64,000 bases of DNA from a virus. Its lineage: Duplodnaviria; Caudoviricetes. The stretch lies in IMG/VR virus record IMGVR_UViG_3300010163_003659, positions 31,901-95,900 of that record; one strand, 5' to 3'. The position numbers and the translations under genes are program-made. A model generated the notes under the pieces. It saw only the letters and a list, made by a program, of their open reading frames with translations. It was not told the DNA's origin and did not search any database. Position 1 is the stretch's first letter; each line of letters starts with the position of its first letter. Below, one piece after another: positions 19,240 through 28,591 of the stretch.

Positions 19240-21621
19240 ATGGATCAGAGAATAAATAATCACTTTAAGGGTGGTAACATAGAAGGCGATTATGTAGGGG
19301 GGAATCAGACAAAAAACTACTATATATCCATGTTTCAAGATTTAGAGCGAGAGTTTGTTGTTACACATAATGCCGATATCAAGCCAGTGTCCTATTTTAC
19401 TGGACGAGAAACAGAGCTGCAGGAGTTGCGCCAGCGGCTAGAGGAAGGGCGCAAGTCTGTTCTAGTAAGCGGGATGGGTGGCATTGGAAAAACACATATC
19501 TGCCGGAAGCTGTTTGAGGAATACACCAAAAAACATGCTGATGGTGAGGATATACCTTTCTGCCATATTGGATATGTTGAGTATAATGGGGATATGGGCA
19601 GCAGTCTGCAAACCTGTTTAAAATTTAAGGAGCAGGACGATTCGGGGCAGAATCAAGAAGCGGCATGGAGAGAACTGGAATATCTAGCGGCAGGTGGGAA
19701 ACTTCTGCTGTTTGTGGATAATGTAGACAAGCCTGTAAACGCTGATCCAGGATTGCAGAGGCTAAAGGGGATTCCCGGAGCGGTTATTTTGACATCTCGG
19801 CAGGCTTCTTTTAGTGATGAATTTGAACCATACCCGATAGGTTTCCTTGATATGGAGCAGTGTAAAGAGATTTATGAGAAAATCCGGTTTAAGGGCAGTA
19901 AGAGAAAAGTCAGACTGGAGGAAGAACAGGATTTGAAATATGTCATAGAGGATTTGGCTGGGAGGCATACCATTACAGTTGAACTTCTGGCGCATTTGGC
20001 ACGTACAAAAACATGGACAGTGAAAAGGCTTAGAGAAGAGTTGGGGCAAAAAGGGTTCTGTCTGGCATTTCATAAGAACGGGAAACTTGTCAATATCCAA
20101 AAATCTTATGAAGTGCTTTATGATTTGTCCAAACTGACAGAAGCAGAGCAAAACATTCTGGAGGCTTTTTCAATATTTCCGTATATTTCTTTGGAGGCAG
20201 AGATATGTAATCAATGGCTGCTTGCGGATGCTGGAGTAAGTGAAGAAGATGATATCTTAATGGGATTATATCAGAAAGGTTGGCTGCAGTTTGATATAGA
20301 GCAGGGAAGCTATGCTATGCATCCTGTGTTTGCGAAATTTATTTATGAAAGATGTAAGCCAAAATTGGAAGGGCATCGTGGATTGATAGAGGGATGTCAG
20401 AAGTGTTTGGAAATACCAGAAAGCGGTTCTGTTATGGAGTGCCAGCATTTTATTCCTTTTGCAGAGAATATTTTGAAAAAAATCAGCATGGAAAATGAAA
20501 TAGAACATGTTCAGTTTATGGACATATTGGCATATTCACTACAACATACAAGGGAGTATGCAAAAGCAGAAGTATTATACGAAAAGATTTTACAGATTAG
20601 AAAGAAATTGTATGGACAAAAACATCCAGATACAGCTACCGGTTATAATAATTTAGCAGCTGCATATGCTGAACAGGAAAAGGATAAAGAAGCGAAAAAA
20701 TTGTATAAAAAAGCTTTGTTGATAAGAGAGAAAGTGTTAGGGGAGGAGCATCCAGATACAGCTGACAGTTATAATAATTTGGCAGGGGTTTATTCCAAGC
20801 AGGGGAAGTGCTGGAAAGCAGAGGGACTACATAAAAGAGCCTTGTTGATAAGAGAGAAAGTGTTAGGGGAGGAGCATCCAGATACAGCTGACAGTTATAA
20901 TAATTTGGCAGTGATATATGCTGAACAAGAAAAGTACAGGAAAGCAGAAAGGTTCTGTAAAAGAGCCTTGTTGATAAGAGAGAAAGTGTTAGGGGGGGAG
21001 CATCTAGAGACAGCTAATAGTTATAATAATTTGGCAAGGATATATGCTGGTCAAGAGAAATATAAGGAAGCAGAAGAACTGCATAAAAAAGCCTTGTCGG
21101 TAAGAGAGAGGGTGTTGGGAGAGGATTATCCAGATATAGCTTATAGTTATGATAGTCTTGCAGAGATAAATGAGATTCGAGAGAAGTATAAAGAAGCAGA
21201 AGAATTATATAGAAAAAGCCTACAAATAAGAATGAAAGTGCTAGGGGAAGAATATCCAGATACAGTCATGAGTTATCTCAACTTGGCAAGTGTGTTGAGT
21301 GAACAAGGAAAGTATGGGAAAGCAGAAGAGTTGTATAAAAAGGGTATACAGATAGGTGAAAGCGTTATGGGAAAAGAACATTCATATACAGCTATAGGTT
21401 ATAATAATTTGGCAGGAGTATATATAGAACAAGGAAAGATTGACAGGGCAATAATATATTATCATAAGGCTTATCAAGTTTTTGTGAACAAATTTGGAAG
21501 AGATGATCCAGATACACAAGTTGTATATGGAAATTTGGAAGCGATATACAGAGCATATAATCCAGAAGGCAATTTTGAACAGTGGCTGGAAGAAAAGATG
21601 AAAGAAGCAGATTTGGATTAA
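19240..21621 (+). CDS. STAND/NB-ARC ATPase + ~8 TPR repeats (NLR-like protein 1)
   Basis: FTGRETEL, GMGGIGKT, LLFVDN, ILTSR, MHP; 42-aa TPRs (LGEEHPDTA.SYNNLA). Confidence 0.92.
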   Translation: MDQRINNHFKGGNIEGDYVGGNQTKNYYISMFQDLEREFVVTHNADIKPVSYFTGRETELQELRQRLEEGRKSVLVSGMGGIGKTHICRKLFEEYTKKHADGEDIPFCHIGYVEYNGDMGSSLQTCLKFKEQDDSGQNQEAAWRELEYLAAGGKLLLFVDNVDKPVNADPGLQRLKGIPGAVILTSRQASFSDEFEPYPIGFLDMEQCKEIYEKIRFKGSKRKVRLEEEQDLKYVIEDLAGRHTITVELLAHLARTKTWTVKRLREELGQKGFCLAFHKNGKLVNIQKSYEVLYDLSKLTEAEQNILEAFSIFPYISLEAEICNQWLLADAGVSEEDDILMGLYQKGWLQFDIEQGSYAMHPVFAKFIYERCKPKLEGHRGLIEGCQKCLEIPESGSVMECQHFIPFAENILKKISMENEIEHVQFMDILAYSLQHTREYAKAEVLYEKILQIRKKLYGQKHPDTATGYNNLAAAYAEQEKDKEAKKLYKKALLIREKVLGEEHPDTADSYNNLAGVYSKQGKCWKAEGLHKRALLIREKVLGEEHPDTADSYNNLAVIYAEQEKYRKAERFCKRALLIREKVLGGEHLETANSYNNLARIYAGQEKYKEAEELHKKALSVRERVLGEDYPDIAYSYDSLAEINEIREKYKEAEELYRKSLQIRMKVLGEEYPDTVMSYLNLASVLSEQGKYGKAEELYKKGIQIGESVMGKEHSYTAIGYNNLAGVYIEQGKIDRAIIYYHKAYQVFVNKFGRDDPDTQVVYGNLEAIYRAYNPEGNFEQWLEEKMKEADLD
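20716..21037 (+). repeat. 126-bp near-identical TPR-coding tandem repeats
   Basis: Units at 20716, 20842, 20968; 70 bp identical between first two. Confidence 0.85.
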
Positions 21622-21825
21622 GTCATAGGCACGATATTGGCTAATGGTAATGGATGCACTGATTCTGCTGCCGTACAGCAGTAGATATTGTTATGTTGAA
21701 ATAGTGGAATTTATGCAGGACCTTAGTGATGAGGAACTGGAGACATTGAACAGGCAAGTAAATCAGGCGATGGAGCATGTTCGCATCGTTTACAAATGAA
21801 ACAAAATGTGGAAGGGGAATGTACC

Positions 21826-22422
21826 ATGAAGAGAGAAACAACTCCGATCAGAGTGACGGATAAGATTATGGAATTATGCAGCGGGATAGTACCGGATGCG
21901 AAACCGGAATATGTTTCGGTTAAAGTGCAGGAATGGAGCAGACCAATGGAATGTTTTCCCAATGTGGAGCGTATGGTTCAAGAGCAGGGCGGGCAGCAGA
22001 TTAATGGTTGGGCAATCTGGCAATGGGCGAATATCCTTGTAGAGGCCGAGGCTCATTCTGTGTGGCAAAGTCCGAAAGGGGAACTGATGGATATTACCCC
22101 TCATGACAATGGGGAAAGGGAAATCCTATTCCTGCATGATGCTGGCATGGTGTATTCCGGGCAGAGCATTGGAAATGTAAGGCTTGCCATCACCGGATCA
22201 CCGCTGGCTGCTGAAATGGTCGATCTCGGCGATAAGATAGATGCGGTCATGTGCAGTTACAAGCCAGGAACGGAAATTCCACTTTGGGAGCTACGGCGCC
22301 GACTGCTGCCACTAAAGGAGCAGAGGGAGGCAATCGTGGGGATGTTGAACCAGAAAGCCAGCAGGAATGCCCCTTGCCCATGCCAGTCTGGATTAAAGTA
22401 CAAGAAATGCTGTGGGAGGTAA
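21826..22422 (+). CDS. SEC-C motif protein
   Basis: C-terminal RNAPCPCQSGLKYKKCCG; N-terminal CFPNV..H..DITP. Confidence 0.8.
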   Translation: MKRETTPIRVTDKIMELCSGIVPDAKPEYVSVKVQEWSRPMECFPNVERMVQEQGGQQINGWAIWQWANILVEAEAHSVWQSPKGELMDITPHDNGEREILFLHDAGMVYSGQSIGNVRLAITGSPLAAEMVDLGDKIDAVMCSYKPGTEIPLWELRRRLLPLKEQREAIVGMLNQKASRNAPCPCQSGLKYKKCCGR

Positions 22423-22425
22423 GTT

Positions 22426-23007
22426 ATGATATTTGATGTTATTTTCAGCATCCTTTCAACAGTTATTAGTTCAACTTCTCTTATATTTATTAAAGAGGTT
22501 TTTGACAGAAAGCAGAACCATCAGGAAAATAAAGAAATCCAAGAAGATGCTGAGAAGATTATTGGAGATACATTTAAAAGTGATGATGTAATTGACTTGA
22601 TGCTAAAAAATGTTCGTGAATTGAGAGAGTATTACATAATCAGCAAAAGACAGGCAACAAATGCGTTTTCTGCTTCACTGATAGTCTGCTTTTTGGGTTT
22701 TATTGTTTATATTGCGGGTATCGCTGTATTTGTTATTTCTGGAGAAAATGCATTACTGTTAACTACCATATCAGGAACAATAGTGGAAGTAATTTCCGGA
22801 TTATTTTTCTGGCTTTATAGACATGCAATTAAGCAGTTAAATATTTATCATCAGAGATTAGGTACAACAGAGAAGTATCTGACAGCAATTCGTTTAGTGG
22901 ATAAAATGGGACAGGATAAGCATGATGATATGTACAAGCATATTATTGAATGTGTTTTAATAGATAATCGTATGCAATCAAATGAGGAAAATGAAAAAGA
23001 GCAGTAA
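22426..23007 (+). CDS. Membrane protein, TRADD-N-associated 2TM-like
   Basis: YY..KRQA..F..S followed by two TM helices ending ISGLFFWLY. Confidence 0.6.
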   Translation: MIFDVIFSILSTVISSTSLIFIKEVFDRKQNHQENKEIQEDAEKIIGDTFKSDDVIDLMLKNVRELREYYIISKRQATNAFSASLIVCFLGFIVYIAGIAVFVISGENALLLTTISGTIVEVISGLFFWLYRHAIKQLNIYHQRLGTTEKYLTAIRLVDKMGQDKHDDMYKHIIECVLIDNRMQSNEENEKEQ

Positions 23008-23174
23008 GAAGGAATATGTTCTCTAATCTGCAGAGTGTTTCAAATCCGTCCGAAAAGGCTTTTGGCGATTAATTTAACTGTTGAGAGGGGAAAAGAGGAA
23101 TATGGAGCAAATTAGAGGGTATAGGGAGCGTGTTGTACATTAGACAGCAGGCTCTTTCTTTATGAGATTTAAAG

Positions 23175-23203
23175 TTGCGTAAGCATTAAACCAATATTAT
23201 AAT
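23175..23203 (+). promoter_or_regulatory. Promoter TTGCGT-N17-TATAAT for second effector-NLR operon
   Basis: Same hexamers and spacing as 18480-18508. Confidence 0.7.
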
Positions 23204-23218
23204 AAAGACAGATAAAGG

Positions 23219-23461
23219 ATGATAGGGGGAATGGTGGAAATGATGGAAGTGTTTAATGTTATTAGTGGAGTATGTTCCATTGTTGGACTGTCTGTTTCTC
23301 TTTTTACGGCCAGCAAGGTGATTAAAATAACGCAGAACATTAACAGTGGCAATGTAGATGACCATTCAAAGGTTGTTAATGGAGGCAAAGGCAATACATA
23401 TAATGGGCCATATGCAGGGAGGGATTATACGAATGAGACGAGAAGTGGACAACAGAAATAA
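23219..23461 (+). CDS. Single-TM micro-protein with C-terminal N/G-rich GPYAGRD motif (start may be 23240/23243)
   Basis: Hydrophobic VFNVISGVCSIVGLSVSLF; tail shares motif with NLR2 N-terminus. Confidence 0.75.
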   Translation: MIGGMVEMMEVFNVISGVCSIVGLSVSLFTASKVIKITQNINSGNVDDHSKVVNGGKGNTYNGPYAGRDYTNETRSGQQK

Positions 23462-25820
23462 AGACAGCAATTTCTATGGGCCATATGCTGGCAGGGATAT
23501 GAATGTTACCAATATCATAATGCTTCAAGATTCAGAGCGTGAATTTGTCGTTACGCACAATGCTGATATTAAGCCAGTGTCATATTTCACAGGCAGGGAA
23601 ACGGAACTGGAAGAACTGCGTCAGAGGATAGATGAGGGACGCAAGTCGGTTCTGGTGAGTGGCATGGGCGGTATTGGTAAGACTCATATCTGCAGGAAGT
23701 TGTTTGAAGAGTACACCAATAAACATGCGAAAGGTGAAAATATACCTTTCTGCCATATTGGATATATTGAGTACAATGGGGACATGGGCAGCAGTTTACA
23801 GAACTGTCTAAAATTTAAGGAACAGGATAACCCAGAACAGAACCAGGCGGCAGCGTGGAAAGAATTAGAATATTTGGCAGCAGACGGGAAACTGTTGCTG
23901 TTTGTTGACAATGTGAATGTGTCGGTGAGGGAGGATGCAGGGCTGGAAAGGCTGAAACAGATTCCTGGAGCAGTGGTGCTGACTTCCAGAAGGACATCTT
24001 TCGGCAAGGAGTTTGAACCGTACAGGATTGGTTTTTTGAGTACAGAGCAATGCATAATGGTTTATGAGAAAATCCGGTATGAGAATAGCAGCAAGAAAGT
24101 GCCGGAAGAAGAGATACTGGATTTAGAATATATCATAGAGAATATGGCAGCAGGACATACCATTACCATTGAATTTTTTGCACATTTAGCCGAAACAAAG
24201 CAATGGAGTATAAAAAGGCTGCGTGAGGAACTGGACAGCAAAGGGTTTCGGTTGGAATACAAGGATGAAGAGGACAAGTTGATAAATATTCAGGAAGAAT
24301 ATGAAAAGTTGTATGATTTGTCTGTTCTGACAGAGGCGGAAGGGAACATACTGGAGGCGTTTTCTGTATTTCCGTATATTCCTTTATCTGCGGAAATTTG
24401 TAATCAATGGTTGCTTTTTGATGCGGGGGCAAGTGAAGATGATGATATTCTGATGGGACTGTATCAAAAAGGGTGGTTGCAGTTTGATGTGGAGCAGGAG
24501 AGCTATGCTATGCATCCAGTATTTGCAAAGTTTATTGATGAGAGGAAGAAACCAAAATTTGAAGAGCATCGTGGATTGATAGAGGTATGTCAAAAGTGTT
24601 TGGAAATACCAGAAAACGGCTCTGCTTTGGATTGTCAAAGATATATTCCGTTTGCAGAAAATATTATAAAAAAGATAGATATGAAATCAAGTATAAAGGA
24701 AGCAAGATTTATAACAGAACTTGCTTATTTGTTGCAATATATAGCAGAGCATGAAAAAGCGGAGGAATTGTATGAAAAAAGTTTGAGAATACAGGAAAGA
24801 GTGCTGGGGGAAGAACATTCAGATACCGTTGCGATCTATAATAATCTGGCATATGTATATAATTGCCAAGGAGAGTACAAAAGATCGAAAGAGCTATATG
24901 AAAAGAGTCTGTGGATAAGGGAAAAAGTGTTTGGAGAGAAACATCCAGCTATGGCATACGATTATAATAATTTGGCAATGATGTATGAGAGGCAAGGGAG
25001 ATATAGGGAGTCAGAGGACTCGGTTGTTGATAATATGGAGAATGAAGGAAGTGCAAGAAAAAGAGAAAGACGAAGAAAAGGAAATATTTTTGGAAATGTA
25101 CTATCAATAATTTCTTTGGTAATTAGTTTATTATCGTTATTGATATCTTACAGGACTATCCAATTAGAAGAAGTGGAATATCAACCGCATTTTATTTGTA
25201 CTACAAAAAATAATGAGGAATATAAAAAACCTGAAAGTTTCTATTTTAAGATTCACACGATTAAAAATATTGGAGTGCCGATATCTAACGTGGAATTTGA
25301 TATACAAGAAGTTTTATGTTTTCAAAGGGCTTTAACCAGTGAAAGTATGGATGTGTTGATTTGGAAAAAAACAGATATTCTAAACGAGGATAAAGATATT
25401 AAATACGATTTAGATAAACAAGAAATTGTAATTGAAGGAATCCGTTTAGAATATATAGAATATATGCTTAATAGCTATTTTAACAGTGATAGCAATATTT
25501 TTTTTTATGAGCCATATCGCATTAAAGTATATAATGTGACTTGTAAAAGAATCTTAAATATACAGTATACAAATAGGGAGGGCGTAAACTGTAGGGAATG
25601 TTATGAGTTAAAAGAAAATCATATTTCTCTTTTAGACAAAATTGTGAAACGTGAAGATTATAACGAAATAGTTGATTTTATACATGGAAGTAAGTATGAA
25701 TTAGGGGAGGTGTATCAAGATAATATGGAACAAGCACAAGATATGATAACTAATATGTTGGGAATTAATATAGAAAGAGAGAAAGAGGAGTTAGCAAAAC
25801 AATATAACAAGAAAGATTAA
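23433..25820 (+). CDS. STAND/NB-ARC + short TPR array fused to TM-anchored C-terminal domain (NLR-like protein 2)
   Basis: Paralogue of NLR1 from QDxEREFVVTHNADIKPVSYFTGRETEL onward; RBS GGGAGG before ATG 23433. Confidence 0.88.
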   Translation: MRREVDNRNKDSNFYGPYAGRDMNVTNIIMLQDSEREFVVTHNADIKPVSYFTGRETELEELRQRIDEGRKSVLVSGMGGIGKTHICRKLFEEYTNKHAKGENIPFCHIGYIEYNGDMGSSLQNCLKFKEQDNPEQNQAAAWKELEYLAADGKLLLFVDNVNVSVREDAGLERLKQIPGAVVLTSRRTSFGKEFEPYRIGFLSTEQCIMVYEKIRYENSSKKVPEEEILDLEYIIENMAAGHTITIEFFAHLAETKQWSIKRLREELDSKGFRLEYKDEEDKLINIQEEYEKLYDLSVLTEAEGNILEAFSVFPYIPLSAEICNQWLLFDAGASEDDDILMGLYQKGWLQFDVEQESYAMHPVFAKFIDERKKPKFEEHRGLIEVCQKCLEIPENGSALDCQRYIPFAENIIKKIDMKSSIKEARFITELAYLLQYIAEHEKAEELYEKSLRIQERVLGEEHSDTVAIYNNLAYVYNCQGEYKRSKELYEKSLWIREKVFGEKHPAMAYDYNNLAMMYERQGRYRESEDSVVDNMENEGSARKRERRRKGNIFGNVLSIISLVISLLSLLISYRTIQLEEVEYQPHFICTTKNNEEYKKPESFYFKIHTIKNIGVPISNVEFDIQEVLCFQRALTSESMDVLIWKKTDILNEDKDIKYDLDKQEIVIEGIRLEYIEYMLNSYFNSDSNIFFYEPYRIKVYNVTCKRILNIQYTNREGVNCRECYELKENHISLLDKIVKREDYNEIVDFIHGSKYELGEVYQDNMEQAQDMITNMLGINIEREKEELAKQYNKKD

Positions 25821-25927
25821 AAAAGTGATTATATCAAAAATTCTAGTAATTTATTATTTGAGGTAGCAGTTAGAATTTTAGGCAATACAAAAGGCATATG
25901 CATGAAGCACATGCCTTTTCTTTTTGG

Positions 25928-26491
25928 TTAAATATTCAGCAAATCGGCAATTTCCGAGAAGTTGATAAGCAGATCATCATAGATATTGACCTTGATTGTG
26001 GAATCAAAGGAGTACTGGATGTTTAGCATATTTTCCTCGAAGTAGTTGACGGTTACTGTTTTGCGGCGCGGATCTACAATCCAATACTCACGCACTCCAT
26101 AATTTTTGTAGTAGTAGAGTTTGCGGACATAATCATCTGCTGGATTACTGGGAGAAATAATTTCAATGATAAAATCTGGAGCACCGTTGCACCGTTTTCC
26201 GTCTAACTTGTCTTTATCACATACAATCATGAGGTCAGGTTGGACAATGGTAAGTGGAGTATCATTCAATTTTACATCAAATGGGGCATGAAATACCCGG
26301 CATGGCCCATTTTTGCTTTTGAGATAGGTGTTGAGCATAGTCGAAAGTTCCATGGAGATTGTCTGGTGATCCTGGGACGGACTGGCCATATCAAAGACAA
26401 TACCATCAAATACTTCTACCCTTTTTTCCTCTGGAAGAGCTTCATACTGTTCTAGGGTGATTGTTTCCGGCTGTGGTTGTAATGCTGGCAT
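25928..26491 (-). CDS. Uma2 family endonuclease
   Basis: MASPS..HQ, VQPDLMIVCD, GAPDFIIEIISPS, GVREYWIVDP. Confidence 0.92.
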   Translation of the reverse strand: MPALQPQPETITLEQYEALPEEKRVEVFDGIVFDMASPSQDHQTISMELSTMLNTYLKSKNGPCRVFHAPFDVKLNDTPLTIVQPDLMIVCDKDKLDGKRCNGAPDFIIEIISPSNPADDYVRKLYYYKNYGVREYWIVDPRRKTVTVNYFEENMLNIQYSFDSTIKVNIYDDLLINFSEIADLLNI

Positions 26492-26619
26492 AGTATCACT
26501 TCCTTTCTGGTTATTGTTTGTGTGTGGTTATAAGCGGTGTATTCATATGCTGGCAGTTGCGGTCATATGGGTACAACTGCTGCCGCATGGTGGAGAATTG
26601 TTGTCAAGTGGCAGCAGGA

Positions 26620-27474
26620 CTAATAACAAGCCTCATAAAAACGGTTGTTGCGTATGCCCTCCGACATGAAATGGCAGATATTATAATCACAGTTATCATA
26701 CTGTGTTTTGAAATGCTGTGATATCAATGCCTTATACATATCCGGATCAGTGCCATCAACCAGCTCAGAGCCAGAGTAGATAGCTTCTATGACGCTGTCC
26801 ATTGCCGAGCTTGACAGGCGAGGATGTTCCTTGTGAAATGTTGCCATATACAGTGAGTAGTAGTACTCAATGATTGTAATATAGTCGGAATGCTCTGTAA
26901 TACCCTGCTTGTGGCATGATTTGATTATCTGTTTCTCCAATATGGATGAATTAAAAGGCGTAGTTGTGCTTAATGTGTGAAACTGTTTTAGTTCTGTGCC
27001 ATTTAAACTTTTAATGTTCTCTGTAGTAGTATCTGTGTAGTCTATGGTATTGGCCTGTTCATTTTGAACAGTTCCATAGTGCCAATCTGAACAGACGATG
27101 TGTTCATTTTGAACAGACGAGGAAAAGAGACTATTTAACGCATTATAGTTAATTGTGTACCATTTTGTTTTATCAAATCCAGCCCTATTGTAATTTCCGG
27201 CAATTAGCAGCCCCTTGTTTTCAAGTTTGGTCATGGTGCGCCGGATAGTCATAATGGACCAGAACGGAAACTGCTCTTGCCACTGATCATAGGTATTATA
27301 TACCCAGTAATGCCCGTCAATGTAGTCCTGTCCGGTTTTCTCCTTGTGCTTCAGCCAATAATGCACTTGCTGTAGTATGATGGCTTCGTTTAGCCCAATC
27401 AGCGTTGCCAATGTCGGCATGACTTGTAATGGGTGTTCATCTAATAATAAATTGCTAATGGCTGTTACCTCCAT
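26620..27474 (-). CDS. Phage-type replication initiator (wHTH)
   Basis: LIGLNEAIILQQVHYW, WVYNTY..W..QFPFWS..TIRR, DKTKWYTINY; internal repeats. Confidence 0.75.
   Translation of the reverse strand: MEVTAISNLLLDEHPLQVMPTLATLIGLNEAIILQQVHYWLKHKEKTGQDYIDGHYWVYNTYDQWQEQFPFWSIMTIRRTMTKLENKGLLIAGNYNRAGFDKTKWYTINYNALNSLFSSSVQNEHIVCSDWHYGTVQNEQANTIDYTDTTTENIKSLNGTELKQFHTLSTTTPFNSSILEKQIIKSCHKQGITEHSDYITIIEYYYSLYMATFHKEHPRLSSSAMDSVIEAIYSGSELVDGTDPDMYKALISQHFKTQYDNCDYNICHFMSEGIRNNRFYEACY
27055..27120. repeat. Iteron-like repeats inside rep gene (TGTTCATTTTGAACAG / TGAACAGACGA)
   Basis: Copies at 27056, 27088, 27101. Confidence 0.7.
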
Positions 27475-27498
27475 TCTGTGTATTTGGACATATGTTAC

Positions 27499-27717
27499 CT
27501 ATTTTTCGGCACTGTCAGCAGGAACATACTCCATAATGTCTTCTGGTTGACAGTTAAGGGCTTCACATATATTGCTTAATACTTCTGTTGTAACAGTTTC
27601 ACCCTTCGATAATTTGGCAAGTGTAGGAGAAGAAATGATTTTGTTATTTAATAAATCAGTTTTTTTCATTCCTTTGCGTGTCAATAAATCGAAAAGTTTA
27701 TAGTACTTCATACTCAT
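27499..27717 (-). CDS. Cro/C1-type HTH repressor
   Basis: ISSPTLAKLSKGETV..ICEALNCQPEDIMEY. Confidence 0.88.
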   Translation of the reverse strand: MSMKYYKLFDLLTRKGMKKTDLLNNKIISSPTLAKLSKGETVTTEVLSNICEALNCQPEDIMEYVPADSAEK

Positions 27718-27737
27718 TGTACCACCTCCTTGTATTT

Positions 27738-27834
27738 AGTATACACTAAAATTATATAAGCGTCAATTAAAAATATATTAGCGAAAGCTATTGACAAAGT
27801 GATTAACGCATGCTAATATAATTTTAGCGAAAGC
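27738..27834. promoter_or_regulatory. Back-to-back promoters with TTAGCGAAAGC operator-like repeats
   Basis: Minus TTGACG-N17-TATACT; plus TTGACA-N17-TAATAT with TGn; repeats at 27778 and 27824. Confidence 0.75.
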
Positions 27835-27906
27835 GAAACAAAAGGAAAAGAACGCTAAAGGTCAAACGGAAGTAAATGTGGGTACCGAAAAGAAAGGAGT
27901 GATTCC

Positions 27907-28341
27907 ATGAAAAACATTACAACAATCCGCCGGACAGTAGCAACCATGGCGAACCAGTTACACAAGCTGGGGTATTCCCTATCTCAGGCATTCAAAACCG
28001 CATGGAAGCGTATCAAAGAATCCATGACCTGCAGGGTATCCGGTGTCACATACGACAAGCGTCAGGAGCTTCTACAGTTCATTGCCAGCAGGAAACCGGA
28101 AGAGCTGACGGTATACCTGCAGCGTGACAGGGCAAACACCTATGACAGGTTCGCAGTTGCGGTAGTTATCGGCATTAAGGACATAGGGTATGGACATATA
28201 GGGTATCTGCCAAAGGGGCTGTCCCAGGGCATGGCGGCAGTCATAGACAAGGGGATACAGGTCAAGGCCACGCTGGTACAGGTTATCGGGGGCTACAGCT
28301 ATAAGGAAACCCTCGGCGCACTGGTAAATATCGCAGTATGA
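27907..28341 (+). CDS. HIRAN domain protein
   Basis: VSGVTY..RQ, LQRDRANTYDRFAVAV, HIGYLP. Confidence 0.85.
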   Translation: MKNITTIRRTVATMANQLHKLGYSLSQAFKTAWKRIKESMTCRVSGVTYDKRQELLQFIASRKPEELTVYLQRDRANTYDRFAVAVVIGIKDIGYGHIGYLPKGLSQGMAAVIDKGIQVKATLVQVIGGYSYKETLGALVNIAV

Positions 28342-28352
28342 AGGAGGAGAAG

Positions 28353-28487
28353 ATGGATTATCAGGCATTAACGGTTGAGGACTGCATCAGTAAACTGGAG
28401 CAGGAAGGGATGGCAGCAGTCATTGAGGATGGAGCCGTTACAGGCTTCGTAGAAGAAAAGAGCCCTTACCAGAGGTCGCAACTCTGA
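28353..28487 (+). CDS. 44-aa hypothetical protein (not in ORF track)
   Basis: AGGAGG RBS; MDYQALTVEDC... Confidence 0.5.
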   Translation: MDYQALTVEDCISKLEQEGMAAVIEDGAVTGFVEEKSPYQRSQL

Positions 28488-28591
28488 TAAAGGCAGGTAA
28501 CCCGTCAACCAAGCAAATCGGGGTATGCAGGCAGTATAACACGACTGCTGCCGCCCTGTCAAAGAAATTAAGGAATATGGAGGTAAGAATA

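Noticed and set aside
23358-23432. ORF-track start for NLR2
   Set aside because: Lies inside the micro-protein gene; ATG 23433 has an RBS and puts the motif at the N-terminus as in NLR1
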